This document shows, in pieces, positions 36,095 to 49,372 of a stretch of DNA of 64,000 nt (position 1 is its first letter; every line of letters starts with the position of its first letter). The translations under genes were made by a program, and so were the position numbers. A model generated the notes under the pieces. It made no database searches. It worked only from the letters and a program-made list of their open reading frames with translations, and was not told the DNA's origin. The stretch is from the human T2T-CHM13v2.0 reference genome, Homo sapiens: NCBI RefSeq assembly GCF_009914755.1, contig NC_060925.1, one strand, 5' to 3'.

Positions 36095-36638
36095 CCAGCT
36101 CAAACCATCCCCCAGCAGCAGTGTTTGTGTCACCCCCCAGCCCCACCTCTTTTAGGACAGTGACTCTCATCCTCCCACTCTCAACCTGTGTTCTGAATGG
36201 GAGCTGCTCTTCTTGTACCTGAGCCCAACTCCCTGACCACAGTGACTGTTGGGGGGTTGACAGCTGACCCAAGATTAGCCAATGGAGTCCTTTCAAACAA
36301 GAGAGGGGAGGGAGAAGACATTTTCTCTCTTGACATAAAACTACAACAAATGAAAGCCTGGAGCTCCCAGAGGCTATGATTCTGGCCTCGTGGGGAAGCC
36401 AACTTGAGAGGCTGAAGATGATTCACCGGGAAAAGCAGAGGACACATGAGCCAGCACAAGACGGAAAGAGAGAGAGAGAGTTTTGAGTCTCGTCTCTTTG
36501 AGTCCTTGGCTCTGGCTGTCCCTAAGGCTAAGCCAACACTGCCCTTCCCGCATTTGGCTGTATGAGTCAGTAAATATCACTACTGACACATCAGCTACTT
36601 GATACGAGGCTTCTCTTACTGGCAATCAAAGCCTAATA
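36095..36638 (+). mobile_element. Old MLT1 (MLT1K/L-like) solo LTR
   Basis: TGACCCAAGATTAGCCAATGGAG...CTGTCCCTAAGGC...TATGAGTCAGTAAAT...TTCTCTTACTGGCAATCAAAG. The 5' boundary is approximate. Confidence 0.55.
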
Positions 36639-37429
36639 TCCTTCCACCACACAACGCATGGAAGTGAAACATGAAAAGCTGATCATGTGCCCCCAGAGGG
36701 AGCGGGGCGGAGAGGTGCAGCCCCCAAGGGGAGTAGCAACATCAGAACAGCAGCCTTTCTCCTGCAGGGTGCTGCAAGGGTGCTGGAGGAAGAAACTCTC
36801 TCAAACAAAGCAACAGAGAAAGACCCTGGACTTGGCTTTGCATACTCACAAGCAAAGAACAAACCCCTTCTGCAAATAGTAAGGAGAGCTACGTTGACAC
36901 AAGCTGGCACCAGCCATCCCCGCTTAGAAGAGGTGGGACTAGAACTGCATGCAGAAGGCAGACGGGAGCCTCCTAGGAGGGATCATTTAGGAAGAAGAGC
37001 AAATGAGATGGCACAACACAGCATGTGAGGCCAGGGCTGTCATCAGCCCCTAAGGAAGAAAAAGCAGAAATGTGTATTACAAGGATAATGCTTTTTGATT
37101 TAACTGGTAGAAAACTACAAAGAGTATTTAATCATTGTCAATAATCCTGTTGTCAACTTCATAAAGTTTTAAGTTGTGGAAGCCCCTCCAAACACCACTC
37201 CAAACCTCCCTTAATAATTGTAACCAAGATAGTGTGCCCAAGTCTGAATGTTGCTATTTCTCAGAGAATGTGGGTAGAAGGATTCCACGTGAATCAGAGG
37301 GGGACCCTTGTTCAGGAAGGGCTGCCAGAGGAGGCCTGGTCCACTACCACTACCCGTTGTCCCTGGGCCCTCCTGACACAGTCATCTCTATCATACCTGA
37401 AAAGTGTCTGCAAATGAGGTCCCTCGGTG

Positions 37430-37690
37430 ATCCCTCAAATCCACATCCCATTTATCAAGGATCTACTGGTCCTAGGCACTATTCTCGGAGCTGGGTACAC
37501 AGCTGTGAATAAGACAACACAGTCCCTCTGTCCTCAGGGACTTCCATGACAGGTGGGAACACAAGCAATAAGCAAGGAAAATAAAGGAGCGAGGCAATTA
37601 CAGAATGTAATAATTATACAAGATACTGTGACGCTCAGCATCTCATGGAGAGGAAATGGAGGCCCAGAGATGGGACAGGACTTGCCCGAG
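37430..37690 (-). mobile_element. L2 fragment
   Basis: CTAGGCACTATTCT...CAGCTGTGAATAAGACAACACAGTCCCTCTGTCCTCAGGGA. Confidence 0.7.
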
Positions 37691-37867
37691 CAGAAGCAGC
37701 CCAACCCCCAACTGGTACAACCCAACTGTGTCTCCACCTCCGTCCTGTGGCCCTGGTAGCCCCACAGAGGCCCTATGGCTCTATCCAGAGAGGTCCAGTG
37801 CTCTTTTGGGCAACTTCTGGAAGGATACTCTATCTGCCTTTGTCTCTATTGCATCTGATACATGATC

Positions 37868-37995
37868 AGAGTAATCATATGTCTTGCTGTCTTAGGGACA
37901 GTCCTAGTTGATACCTGTTCTTAGAAGTAATTACTAATACAACCCACTTTCATTTACCCACTTTACCCCAGATTTGGATGGTAAATATTCATGGG
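37868..37995 (-). mobile_element. MER94 (hAT-Blackjack)
   Basis: CATATGTC...GGGACAGTCCTAGTTGATACCTGTT...GTAATTACTAATAC...CTTTCA...TTTGGATGGTAAAT. Confidence 0.7.
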
Positions 37996-39139
37996 GGACC
38001 TGGGTCTCTGGAGCATCTTGATGCCAGAATGAAGTGTTTGGTATATTCTTGAGATATTGCATAACACTACGAGTCTTGCTGCATTGTGCCTCAGAAAACC
38101 TTGGGGCCTGCCTCCCGGGGCACTGCCCAGCATCTGAGGGGCCTGGCAGAGGAGAAGGTATCCCCTTACATGCTTCTCCCTGGCTGATCCCACTTCTGAT
38201 ACCCTAAGCTGTGGCTCTGCCTTGCTAGTTAATCTTCGCCCCTTGCAAAGGATTTCTCCTGAAAACAGAGCTCACACTCATGGCACTAGAAGCTTCTGGA
38301 GAGAACCAGCCACATCCCCAGCACAAGGGAGCACCACTGTTTGCTGACTTGGAGAGGACACACAACATTCTTCAGGGAAATATATCTCAGGGAGGAGCCT
38401 GTGGTTCCCAATCAGACCCAAACACACATGTATTTTAAATGTCCACCTCCCTTCCCAAGAAAATGTGATGATGTTTGCCATGTGTATTGGGTTCCTGGCC
38501 TATTAGACCCCCTGACCTCCTGAGTTTCTGCCCCCGTAAGTGGTTTCTTGGGTCTCAGTCTCCTGGGCTAGAAGCCCTTCTCTATCCCAAAAATGACAAG
38601 TATGGTGCAGGTGCAGGTCTCCCATGATAGAATGATTTCAGATCAGGATGGACTCTCATGACCCAGTCTCTGTGACCAAAAATCCAGGCAGCCTGGCAAG
38701 ATGATCCCTGAGCCAGGACACAGCCTGCATCTACCTGTGCATGCCCACTCCAAGCGCCAGACACACAGCTGGGCAGCAGCAGGCAGCCTCTTCATGCAAA
38801 TTAAATAAAACAACCTTTTTATCTGTTGGCTGATTCCCTCTTTTGAAGAAATCAACTACAAATTCATTTTTCGGGAGAAGCAATTACGATGATTGATGGA
38901 ATGTCAGGGAAAGGGAATCAAACAGAAGCCCAGAGGCCCGGGCTGGGGGTGGCTTCACGGGACAGGAGAGTGGGGACAGCTGCCTTTGGCTCCCATGCTG
39001 GCTGGCTCTCTCTTTCTCTCCATCTTCAGTGGGGTGGAGGGGGCGAGTGCTGTATAAAGGCACCCCTCCCACCGTGGCTATGGTCTACTTTGACACTGTG
39101 AGAGGCAGTCAGAAAAGACACAGTAAGAGGTGTGGCTTG

Positions 39140-39340
39140 TATTCAATAGACCACAAGCACCTGCTGTGCTGGGCGCTTTCTAGGCATTATCTCCTTTTGT
39201 CTTCACAACTGCCCTGCAAAATCAAGCTTATTTTACCCATTTCACAGATGGAGAAACTGAGATGCATCCATTGATTTGCTCAAGCTCATGCAGCTTTTAA
39301 AGGGGAGCAGAATTATGACCTAATCTTCATTCCACTGCAA
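39140..39340 (-). mobile_element. MIR
   Basis: CCCATTTCACAGATGGAGAAACTGAG...GATTTGCTCAAG. Confidence 0.75.
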
Positions 39341-40008
39341 TATAAGCCCTTCCAAGGAAAGCGAGTTCAAGCTCAGAATCCTGGAGACTAGGTAGCCTAT
39401 CCCCCCCTCACCCTGCCTGTTTCCACCTTGCAGATGCAGGAATAGAGGCTAACTCCAGGCCATGGCACTATCGTTAGAGAAATTCATCTGTTTATTCAAT
39501 GAATAATAATCTACAGGGCCAAGCACTCTTTGAGGATGCAGGAGCTCCAAGTTCAGTCCAGGCTTCCACTTGCCAGCCTGGGGTTGGGAGACCTGGAGGG
39601 CAGGAAAATCCCATGGACTTGACACAGGACCCCACTGGAAGCCAAACTCCACGGCACTACCTGCAGTTGCAGCAGCACACATTGAATTCTCCGTCGAGCA
39701 GGTCTCTGTGCTGGTGATGATGCTGGCGCTGCCACCGCGGGGTGACTCACATGAGTCCTGTGGTGCCAGTCCAGAGCCAGGAGCCCCTGGCACTTAGGAA
39801 AGGGCCGAGCTGATGGCAGCGTCTGCCAGCTTGTCAGTTCTGCGGAAACCCTTCACAGAGATGGGTCTGGGCTTGGACTTCAAAGGCTCCTCTGGTAAAG
39901 ACCTGCTAATTGCTTGAAACACGTTTTCAGTGAAGTGTGAATACTCTCTCTCCAAACCTCCCATGAATTCCAGGAGAGCTCAAGCTAGAAGGAGCCAGGG
40001 AGGCTGTT

Positions 40009-40260
40009 CCCTTGCCTGCAGCTGGAGGGGAACTGGGAAGTCAAGGGCCAAACCCCACCTCCACCCTTTGACCGCAGGTGGAGGTCAAACTCCACCTCAT
40101 CACTTGACTGGAGGGGAACTGGGAAGTCAAGGGCCAAACCCCACCCCCAACCCTTGCCTGCAGCTGGAGGAGAACTGGGAAGTCAGGGGCCAAAACCCAC
40201 CCCCATGCCTTGCCTGTAGCTGGAGGGGAACTAGGAAGTCAGGGGCCAAACCCCGCCCCC
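40009..40260. repeat. 56-bp tandem repeat, ~4 copies plus one partial unit
   Basis: The core CTGGAGG(G/A)GAACT(G/A)GGAAGTCA(A/G)GGG(G)CCAAA starts at 40022, 40108, 40164 and 40220. Confidence 0.9.
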
Positions 40261-40439
40261 ATGGTTCCACCTCCCAGTGGCTCCTGGGCACTAACCATCC
40301 CAGGAGAACTGAGGTGAAGCTGGCAGCCCAGGGAACTGCTAACCCTGGGGAAGTGGGGGACCACTCTCCTGATAGGGCAGCTCAGTGGACTGAGGGTTTG
40401 GGGCTCATTGCAGACTCCCCCCACCTTCAGATTACAAGG

Positions 40440-40680
40440 CTATGCAAAACAATAACAACTACATGAAGCTATGTGGCAGGTGCTGTTCTAAGTGTTGTAC
40501 CCACTACACATTCCCACTCACCAGCATCCCTCCTGCACCCCATGACATAAGGATGACTATGGTGTCCCTTTTTAGAGCTAAGGACACTGAGGCATGAGGA
40601 GTTTAAGTAACTTGCCCATGGTCACATTCATCTAAACAGAGGAGACTGGACTAGACCTAGACACCTGGTAGCCTCTGCAC
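40440..40680 (-). mobile_element. MIR
   Basis: GACACTGAGGCATGAGGAGTTTAAGTAACTTGCCCATGGTCACA. Confidence 0.75.
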
Positions 40681-41002
40681 AGGGTGCAGGAGATGAGGGT
40701 GGTTGTTGGGGGTTGGGGGGGCTGGGGCAGCACATAAAACATGAAAAGAAGCATGTGGCTGCAACTCCTCCTCCCTCCCCCATCCCAGGTCCCTGGCTGA
40801 GGGGTCAAGCAAGGCAGAGAAACTGAGACCAAGGAGAGAAGGAAGGCATTGAAGCCACATAGATCTGGGAACAAATATTACCAGCCAGGTGACTAGAAGA
40901 TGTAAAGTAGCCTTCCTCTGACTCCATTTCCACCTCTACACAATGGAAATTACAATACCGACCAGCAAGGTTATTTTCAGGAGCTGAGCTAATCAGGCAC
41001 TA

Positions 41003-41079
41003 GCATGACCCTGAGAGCAATGTCTCCTTAAATATTGTGCCTGAGGCATCTCATTAGTCTCTCCCTAGTCCTGGACCTG
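41003..41079 (-). mobile_element. MER96-like (hAT-Tip100) half element
   Basis: GCATGACCCTGAGAG...CTCCTTAAATATTGTGCC...CCCTAGTCCTGGACCTG. Confidence 0.65.
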
Positions 41080-42184
41080 GAGATAATTATATGTTAAGAT
41101 CCGAACCAGAAAACTCCTGACAAAAGTAGACAATAAATGAGCAAATAAATAAAAGAAAATGAACGAATAGTAGCAGAATTAATGATAGCCAGCTATCACT
41201 CATTCATTAATTTATGGTCTACTCTTATCCTGTGGGCACAGCAGTCACTGGGCTCTAGGATGAGCAAGGCACATGTGCTTGCTCTCCCAGCTTACTCTCT
41301 AGGGAGAAGCCCTGGGAAGCCAGGGAGACCCATCTCTGCCCCGTGCTGCCCAACCATGAGCTGGTCTGCTGCAAGCATTGGCCTCACACTGTTTTTCCTG
41401 GTCCTGCAGGTACCTGCCAGGTATCTCCATATGGGTGAGAGCTTCATTCCAGACAGGGACTTTAGCTTGGCAGAAAGATGCCCCTGGCCCTTGGTAGCTT
41501 CTTACCAAGCTCTTGACCAGCTCAGGACATGGCATCTCACACAGGGCATCTGAGGAAACCTGAAGCTGTCACTCAGCCTTCCACCTGGGATACATACAGC
41601 TCAAACTGAGTGCTCCTCAAAAGGCTGCAACCTGTCTTATAAATCCTATTCCCCAAAAGGAGGAGGGGAAATGAAAAAGGGGTGGAGGGAGGAGAGGAGA
41701 GAGGAGAACAACTTTCCCAGGGCTTCCTCTGCTAGTAAAGAAATAGCTAGAAGGTGTTTTGTTGCTAGCAGAGCAAGCCTTGGGAAAGTGGGATGAACTT
41801 GGTTGAAGAACGTTGTGCCCTGGAGATAAATATCAGAGATGGCACAGGGAATCCCCTCAGGCCGAAGGGGCTGCAGGCTTCCCACTCATTTCTGTAGTCC
41901 CCCAAGTGTTGGAATTTGAGAGGAAGCAGGAAATTGAGAGTTGCAAGATACCAGAGAAGAGGGGAGGGAAGAAGAAAAGAGGAGGGAGGAAGAGAGGGAA
42001 GAGAGTGTTCTCAGTTCTCTGGACTAAAGCCACAAGAGAGGCCAGAGCCAGATCAGAAGGGAAGAGAAATGGGGCCTTGGAGACTTGGGGTAAGGGTTGC
42101 TGGAGTTTTCCATTTCTTGCAGTCTCCCCTCATATTGCACCTCAGTCCTCCACCGCACCCCCTTCCCTGTGATCTCCCAAGGCC

Positions 42185-42340
42185 ACTGAGTGTGGTGGTT
42201 AGGGGTTTGTGCTTTGGGGTCAGAGAGATGTGGGTCTATGTCAATTTCCTCATCTTTAAAATGGGAGAACAACCACCTTGACGTCTCAAGGCTGCTGGTA
42301 TTTTCAGCGAGGTAATGTCTGCAGAGCTCTCAGTCCACAC
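42185..42340 (+). mobile_element. MIR
   Basis: GTGTGGTGGTTAGG...CTTTGGGGTCAGA...TTTCCTCATCTTTAAAATGGGA. Confidence 0.7.
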
Positions 42341-44699
42341 CTGGCAGAGGACACAGGAAGAGTCTAGCGAACAGTGGCTTGTGCCATCTTTATATTATGG
42401 TCTCTAGCAGTGGCTGAGCTGACCCTGGTGCCCTCTCAGAAGGGCCAGCTGCTGAGCCTGGTGGTAGCAAGGCAAGACCTAGAGAGGCTGCCCCAGCCAT
42501 GCTGGCCTGTGGGCAGCAGGTGTGCCCAGCTGGCTCCACCCCTGGCCGTCGGCCACACTGTTCATTAAGCAAATGGCCCACAGTGGCCAATGATCACTGG
42601 AGCACAAGGGCGGACGCCTTTCTCAAGCAGGCCTCATCAAAGGCCGGTGTCGAGCTAATTTAATGATCTAAGTGGAACATATTTCTCCTGATGAGGCAGT
42701 TTCAATTGACTTGTATTGTCTCCAGATAAACAGTGGAATCACAGCAACTAGTTTCTGGACAAAGCACCAGTTTAGGGTAGAAGAAGCAGTGGAGTGGAGG
42801 TTGTGGGGAGTGAAGTGAGACTGGGCAGCTAGAGGGGGCCTGAGCCAGTCTCAAAGACCAGGCCTGGGGCCTCTGCCTGGTCAGGGATGGGCTCTCAGGC
42901 CTCTGGGTTTCGGCCAGGGAATGGAAAAACCCAAGTGTCAATCATAGGCTTTCAGACCTGGCAGAGACTTGCGACGTCATTTAGACTGATCCTGCAACAT
43001 CGTTTAGACTGATCCTTCCTGCCAACAGATGGAAAGACACCGGAGATGTACAAGAGAATACAGATAGCTCAGAGTGTCTCTCAATTTAGAGGCACAATCT
43101 GAGCCTCCTGACTCAGGTAGGAAAAGGTAACCAATATTCTCCAGCACCTGGAGGCTTCAAAGGTTCTTTTGGTGTGTGTAATTTCATATGATCAGCACGC
43201 TGTCCCTGAGAGGATAGAATTGCTAGTCTTACTTCAGAATTGAGGAAACAGAAGCTCAGAGAGATTACGTGACTTTCCCAAGGTCACACAGCTGATGAAT
43301 GGGGACTCTGGATGTTCTGCTCTTCCTACCACCTATGCTGGACAGGGAAGTGTCTTTCATTCCCATGGATCCCTGCAGATGAAGCCCTGTTGTGCTCCAA
43401 GGGGGACCTACGTTCTGGAGCATCCTGATTTCCCTAGGATGTCAAACTCCTGGCCCCCTAGGAAATCTCTGTCCAAGGTGAAGAGCCAGGGGACACCCAT
43501 GAGAATGACTGACAGAAAGTGAGAGAGAAGGCAGAACTGCAAGAGGCAGCCCGAGGATATGCAGCCAGGATAGGGGCCAGGCCTGTGATCAGTGCAAAGC
43601 CAGGTGCCTGAAGTTCCTCCATTAAAGTTGAGGCCCAGGCCAGGGGACAGGAGAGCGATGGGTATCCAGAGCCTCCTGGGCAAGCCCTGACACCTGGAGC
43701 CTGGGGCTGGAGGCAGGACTGCACCGGGACAGAGCAGATGGGACACCTGGGACACCGGCCCTTGGTCTATGTGAGCACAGGTCGTGCAGTGCAGACTGGG
43801 GTCCTGGCCTTTGGGCAACCCAGGGTTCCTGGCTCCAGCAGGAGTCTGCAAGTGACCACTGGACCTTCCACAGGGACACGGAGCATTCAGTGGCTGCTTC
43901 AGGCTGCAGGAAGGATGCTCCAAGGGGCTGCTGGACAGCCCTTCTGGAGTGGGGCTATGGACACTCGGGCATGCCCATTATCAGGAAGGACTTGGGTAGT
44001 CTAGCCTGATCCTGGAACACACACTCCCCTCTGAAGGTGGCTCTCGCATGGGAAGGATCTATCTGGGTGGATAGCCTCACATTTGGCGAATAAGTAACAA
44101 TACCACAAACAGTAATAATCATAGCGTCAGCCGCCACCCACACAACCCTTATGTTGTGCCAGGCCCCGTGCTAGCCCATGCACCTTCTCATTTCACAGAT
44201 GAGGGATCGGAGGCAGAGGTGCATCCAATAACTCACCCATCATGGTGCTGCTCATACACGGCAGGGTTGAGATGCAAACCCTATTCTGTGAGACACAAAA
44301 ACCAGGGCATCCAACTACCCCGACACTGTCTCCACCCCAACAGGCTGTCAGGTACCCCAGGAAGACCTGGACAATTTGATTTGTATTATACCCTCTACGG
44401 ATCACTGGCTCAGAAGGGGTAAGAAAGGACAGAGAAGGAGAAAGAAACACATGTGAGATGAAAGCAGAGGAGAAGCCCAGATACTTGGGATTTGGACCGT
44501 GGAGTTTCTAAGATTGTAGCAGGAGGTGCTAGAGGAGGAGAAGGGAAAAGAGGACATGGGGGAAGGGAGAGAGGAGGCTCAAGGGGAGGAGAGGGACAAG
44601 CAGGAGGAAAACAACAGCTTCAGAAGGGATGGACCATCTGCTCCTGGCCCACTCCTGGGCCTGGTGTGTGCATTTCCGATCATGGTACCCAACTCACCC

Positions 44700-45330
44700 T
44701 CACATGCCTTTGTTTCATCCTCCTTCAACCTCACACCAGAAAATGCCACCTTCACACAGCCCTGGCATCTGCCCCTCCTCTTGCCCTGCCCCCATCACTA
44801 CCTGCACCCAGGCCTGGCATCTCCCACCTGGACCACTGCCACCCCTCCACGCTGGTCTCAGCTGCCCACAATTCTGCCATCTTCTCCTTCCTGCAGCTCT
44901 CATCCCATCCGTCCTCTGCTCAAAAGCCTTCAGAGCCTGGCCACTGCTACAAAATCCAATCCAAATTCTTTACCCTAGAATTCAAGGCTCTTGGCAATTG
45001 GCCCCCACCTTCCTGCCCTCCCTTCCCTCTGCCTGTCAGGTTCTCCTCTCCCCGTGACCATGCCCTCTCCCTTCCTGGAGTCAGATTTCAGCTTACATGT
45101 CATCTTATCAGAGAAGATGTGGAAAGAGCTCACCCCCTCCAGTGAGCTCCTCACCCTTCCCCTCCTTTATTTTTCTTCAAAGCACTATCAGCAGCTGACA
45201 TCTAATATGCTGCTATTTTCTATCCTCCTGCCCCCCCATGAAGCAGGATAGTTTTATCCAGAGCTGTAGCATCACAGCTTAGAGCCATGCCAGCCCCTCA
45301 CAGCTCCTGATACTTGTTGAATGAGAGAAT
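44700..45330 (+). mobile_element. L2 fragment
   Basis: CATCTCCCACCTGGACCACTGC...CCTCTGCTCAAAAGCCTTCA...AAAATCCAATCCAAATTCTTTACCCTAGAATTCAAGGCTCT...TTGTTGAATGA. Confidence 0.75.
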
Positions 45331-45749
45331 GACACCCCACCCCCTCCACAGTATGATACTTTGCTGCAGTGATCAGCGATGGTTCATGGCCATCTCCGTG
45401 GGTCACCCTCACTCTCTACACTTGCCTTTGCACTTTTGCTGACTTGAGAAACTTGACTCATCTCCAGGACCACCTCCTCCAAGCAGCCTCACTCCTTACC
45501 CCTGCCTCAGTCATAAGTTATTTGTAAAGGGGTGGTATTTCATCACTTGGCTGTCGGTTCTTTAAATAAGAATAAAAGGTTTGTGTCTCCCTTACTCTGC
45601 TCCCCCATGCAACACCTGGTATCAAACTGGGGCAGTACTAGGTACTCAGTACATATTTCTTGAGCACAGTGAAGAGAGAAGGAAAACTTGACCCAGGGGA
45701 CATTTTTCTGAAACTTGCCTGCTCTGAAGCACACTCTAGGAAGGCTGAC

Positions 45750-45995
45750 GCCCTACTATGTGCCAATGCTGGAGGAATTTCTACTGTGTGCCAGATCCTG
45801 TACTGGGAGAGGCCTACTACGTGCCAGGCTCCATGCTGAGAAAGCACCTCCTGTGTGCTGATCTGAGTTGGCTGAAGCCCTACTGTGTATAGATCTTGTT
45901 TGGATGAGCTTCTAAGATGGAGGGGGAACCTATGTGCCTGGCTTCCTGCTGACAGTGCACCTACTGTGTGCTAGGTCCTGAACAAGGCACTGAGC
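45750..45995. repeat. Degenerate ~33-bp tandem repeat of the L2/MIR-type motif CACCTACTRTGTGCCAGG
   Basis: Units at 45753, 45781, 45814, 45848, 45880, ~45929 and 45961. Confidence 0.7.
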
Positions 45996-47016
45996 ATCAA
46001 AGAAAGAGGCAACCCCTGCCTCCATGCACCTCACAATCAACCTGGGAAAATCAGAAAAAGGGAGAGGAAGGGTAAGAAGGAGAGCACAGGGGAGATTAAT
46101 AATAACTACTTATTCTGGCAAATTATGAGCGCATGTAGGGCCATCTGTGCACACAGCTCCATGCCGGCTCCTCACCAGCAAGGCCCAGTGTAGGAACCCA
46201 GGTCAGCTCAGTTGGGCCTTCCAACAGCTTGTCAATGCCTGGGGGAAGGAGCGCCTGGCCTCCTTGTCTCCAGCCCTCCAGCCCTCCAGCCCACTGCCCG
46301 CCAGGTGGACAGGCAGGAGCTATTCTAAAAATATAGCTAAGGTTTGGCACAGGTGCTGTGGAGGCTGCCCCCTCCTGCCAGGTCTGAGCTGGCTGCTCCT
46401 CAAGCTAGAAGACGCTCAGGGACCAGGGCACCAAGCGCAGCTCCTGGGGACTCCCTGAGCAGGGGTCAAGGGCACTGCTGGGTGGCTCAGACTGCCTGGG
46501 AAGAAGGGCAGCACGCAGTCTATGGGGAGGCTGAAACAGGCCCCAGGGTGAAGGTGGGACCCAGGGAAAGGCCATCCAGGAGCACAACCCAGCCCTGCAC
46601 TGTGGAACAGGCCCCAGGACCTGCCTGGCTCCACAAGAAAGCAAGAGACAAACTTGGGCCCTGGCCCCAGACACAGACCTGGTTCCTTTCTCAACTTCAT
46701 CTTGATCTTGATCCAGACTGAACCTTGACCTTAAACTCTATTCTGATCTCTGATCCTAGCTCTACACTGAACCCTAGTTTTCATGGTGGCCTCCAGTCCC
46801 CCTACTGAAGCTACTAGAGGGCCCTCACTCTGTCTCTTTCAACTCTGGAACAGCCAAATGTGGACAGGGCTCTCCCCAAGAAGGCAGACCCACAGCTCAC
46901 AGAGGGCTTTCAATCCCAACAGCCTGGAAAGAAAGCAAAAGAACATGTACTCAATAATAAAGTAATAAGAGCAATAATAACATCTTTATTGTGCTCTTAT
47001 TGTGTACTTTGCATGT

Positions 47017-47360
<344 letters not shown>

Positions 47361-49179
47361 CTAATTCTTTTAATTCATATCACAACCCCACTTTACAGAG
47401 AAGAAACAGAGGCACAGAGTGGTCAAGCAACCTTCCCAAAATCTCACAGCTGGTAAATATCAGAGCCAGGATTTGAATCCAGGCCACCTGGCTCTAGAGT
47501 GTCTGTGTGTGGCCATCATACTGGAGTTGCTCTAAAAGTGTGCCAGATCTAGCTTCAGGGTACACACATACACAACACACACACAATACACATACACATG
47601 ATCTCATTTTCTTTCTCAGAACAATGCTATGAAAATGACTTTATTACCCCAGTCCTAGAAGTGTAGAAATTGGAACTCTGGAAAAGAAGTGGCTTGCCAA
47701 AGATAGCACAGCTGAGACACGATCAAATTGGCATTCAAACTCAGATTTTTAAATATAATCATTCCTGCTCACAAAATGCATGTCCATTGAATAACATAAA
47801 GAAGTTAACAACATTTATAAATGCACCATCCAGAAAAAGCACCTTTAGTATTTTGGTAGAGGTCTTTCCAGGCTTTTCTCCATTTATAAAATAATATTTT
47901 TCCAATAAAATGTGGATGCTCCATAATTTATTTGACAAATCCTAACAGATTGGCAGTTAGGTTGTGGCCAATGTTTAAGCCCATCTTTCCACACTCCCAG
48001 ACAAATCAGATTTCAGGAAGATGAAGCTGGAATGGCCTTTGGACAACATGCTCTGGGCTTGGCTAAGCCAGTCTTTGGCTGTGCAGACGGTGGGGTGACA
48101 CAGCAGAGGCACAGAGACTGTGGCCCAATTGGTACCCACATCCTGCTGCACAACTTGCTTTGGTAAAGGCAAGAGGCTACATGCGATTTATCTGTTTGTT
48201 TATTCTTAGAAACTGTCTTGTTGAGAACTTGATGTTTTCTGTGCAGCTGAGCAGAACTGTGGCTTTGGAGGTTCATGATTTGCGCGGGAGCTGATCTCGT
48301 GAGTGATCACATGCTGTCACCCTACCAATTCTACACTCACTCCCCTGGGATGATAGAAGCCTCTGAAGTTACAGCAACGGGGAGCGGAGGGTCTGGAGTG
48401 GGGCAGGAGGGTTTGGGGTGGGGCATGATGCAGCCTCTGCTGCAGACTGGGGCCCCAGGTTTTTCTAAATGTTAGCAGAGTTAGGGTGGAACAAATGTGC
48501 TCAGACCCAAAGGGAAATTTTCCCAGAGCAGGGCCCAGGAAAGGAGAAGGTCTGGAGCATGCAAATGACCTTTGTCTTTCTGGCTTTGTAGAGGAGCTGG
48601 CTGGGCCAGGAGGCCAAGCTGTTCAGTGTCACCTGCTGCAGAAGCTTACAGCAGGGGGCTGGACATTAGAGTCCTCTGAGGGTCAGGACATGTGAGCAGA
48701 GACTGAGACTAGTGACTCCAAGTCTGGCAGCACCCTCTGAAGGGAAGGACCAACAGAATGCCGGACTCAGGGTGAAGAAGAGTGATCACGATCAAGGACA
48801 ATACCAGCAAGGGACAGCAAATACTTAGGGGTCCTTGGGCCGAAATCTAGGACATGTGGAAGAAGGGACAGCAGATGCCCTGGGGTCTTTTGTTTCTCCT
48901 TCCTTCTCCTTTGTCTTCTTCCCACTGCACACTTGGGGGGTGGCCACGTGACTGCTGGGGGACCAAGTGGCCAGAGCCCAAGGCCCCCTCTCCTCGGCAG
49001 CATGGCTTCTGTCCTACTTATGTCGAACTGGCAATGCTGGTCGCATGCAGATTAATGAGGCCACGGCTGAGGCCCTGCATTGGGGGACTGGCCTTGTTTC
49101 TAGGTGACCAGGTACTTGAGCCTAAATTAACTTTGACTACCCTTTGTGCTCTCCCCCTTGGGCAGGGCAGCAGGAAAAT

Positions 49180-49372
49180 AATGGGGGAGAAAGAAGAGAA
49201 GGTGAGGAAGAGGAGGAATAAAAGGGGGAGGGAGAAGGAGAAGAGGATGAAAGGGGCTGAGGAAGACGAGGAGGAGGGAGAGGAGAGGGCAGAAATGGGG
49301 GGAACAGGGAAGAAGCAGAGAGAAGGAGGTTGGAGGGCGGAGGGGCGGGAGGACCACAGGAGGCAGGGCAGG
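49180..49372. repeat. Purine-rich (GA) low-complexity tract
   Basis: GAGGAAGAGGAGG...GGAGAAGGAG runs. Confidence 0.8.

Noticed and set aside
39560-39800. CpG-containing stretch that looked like a coding exon
   Set aside because: No frame gave a recognisable peptide and I found no convincing paired splice sites.
46695-46780. Degenerate 6-bp periodic run resembling interstitial telomere repeat
   Set aside because: It has no intact TTAGGG/CCCTAA units and is too degenerate to call.
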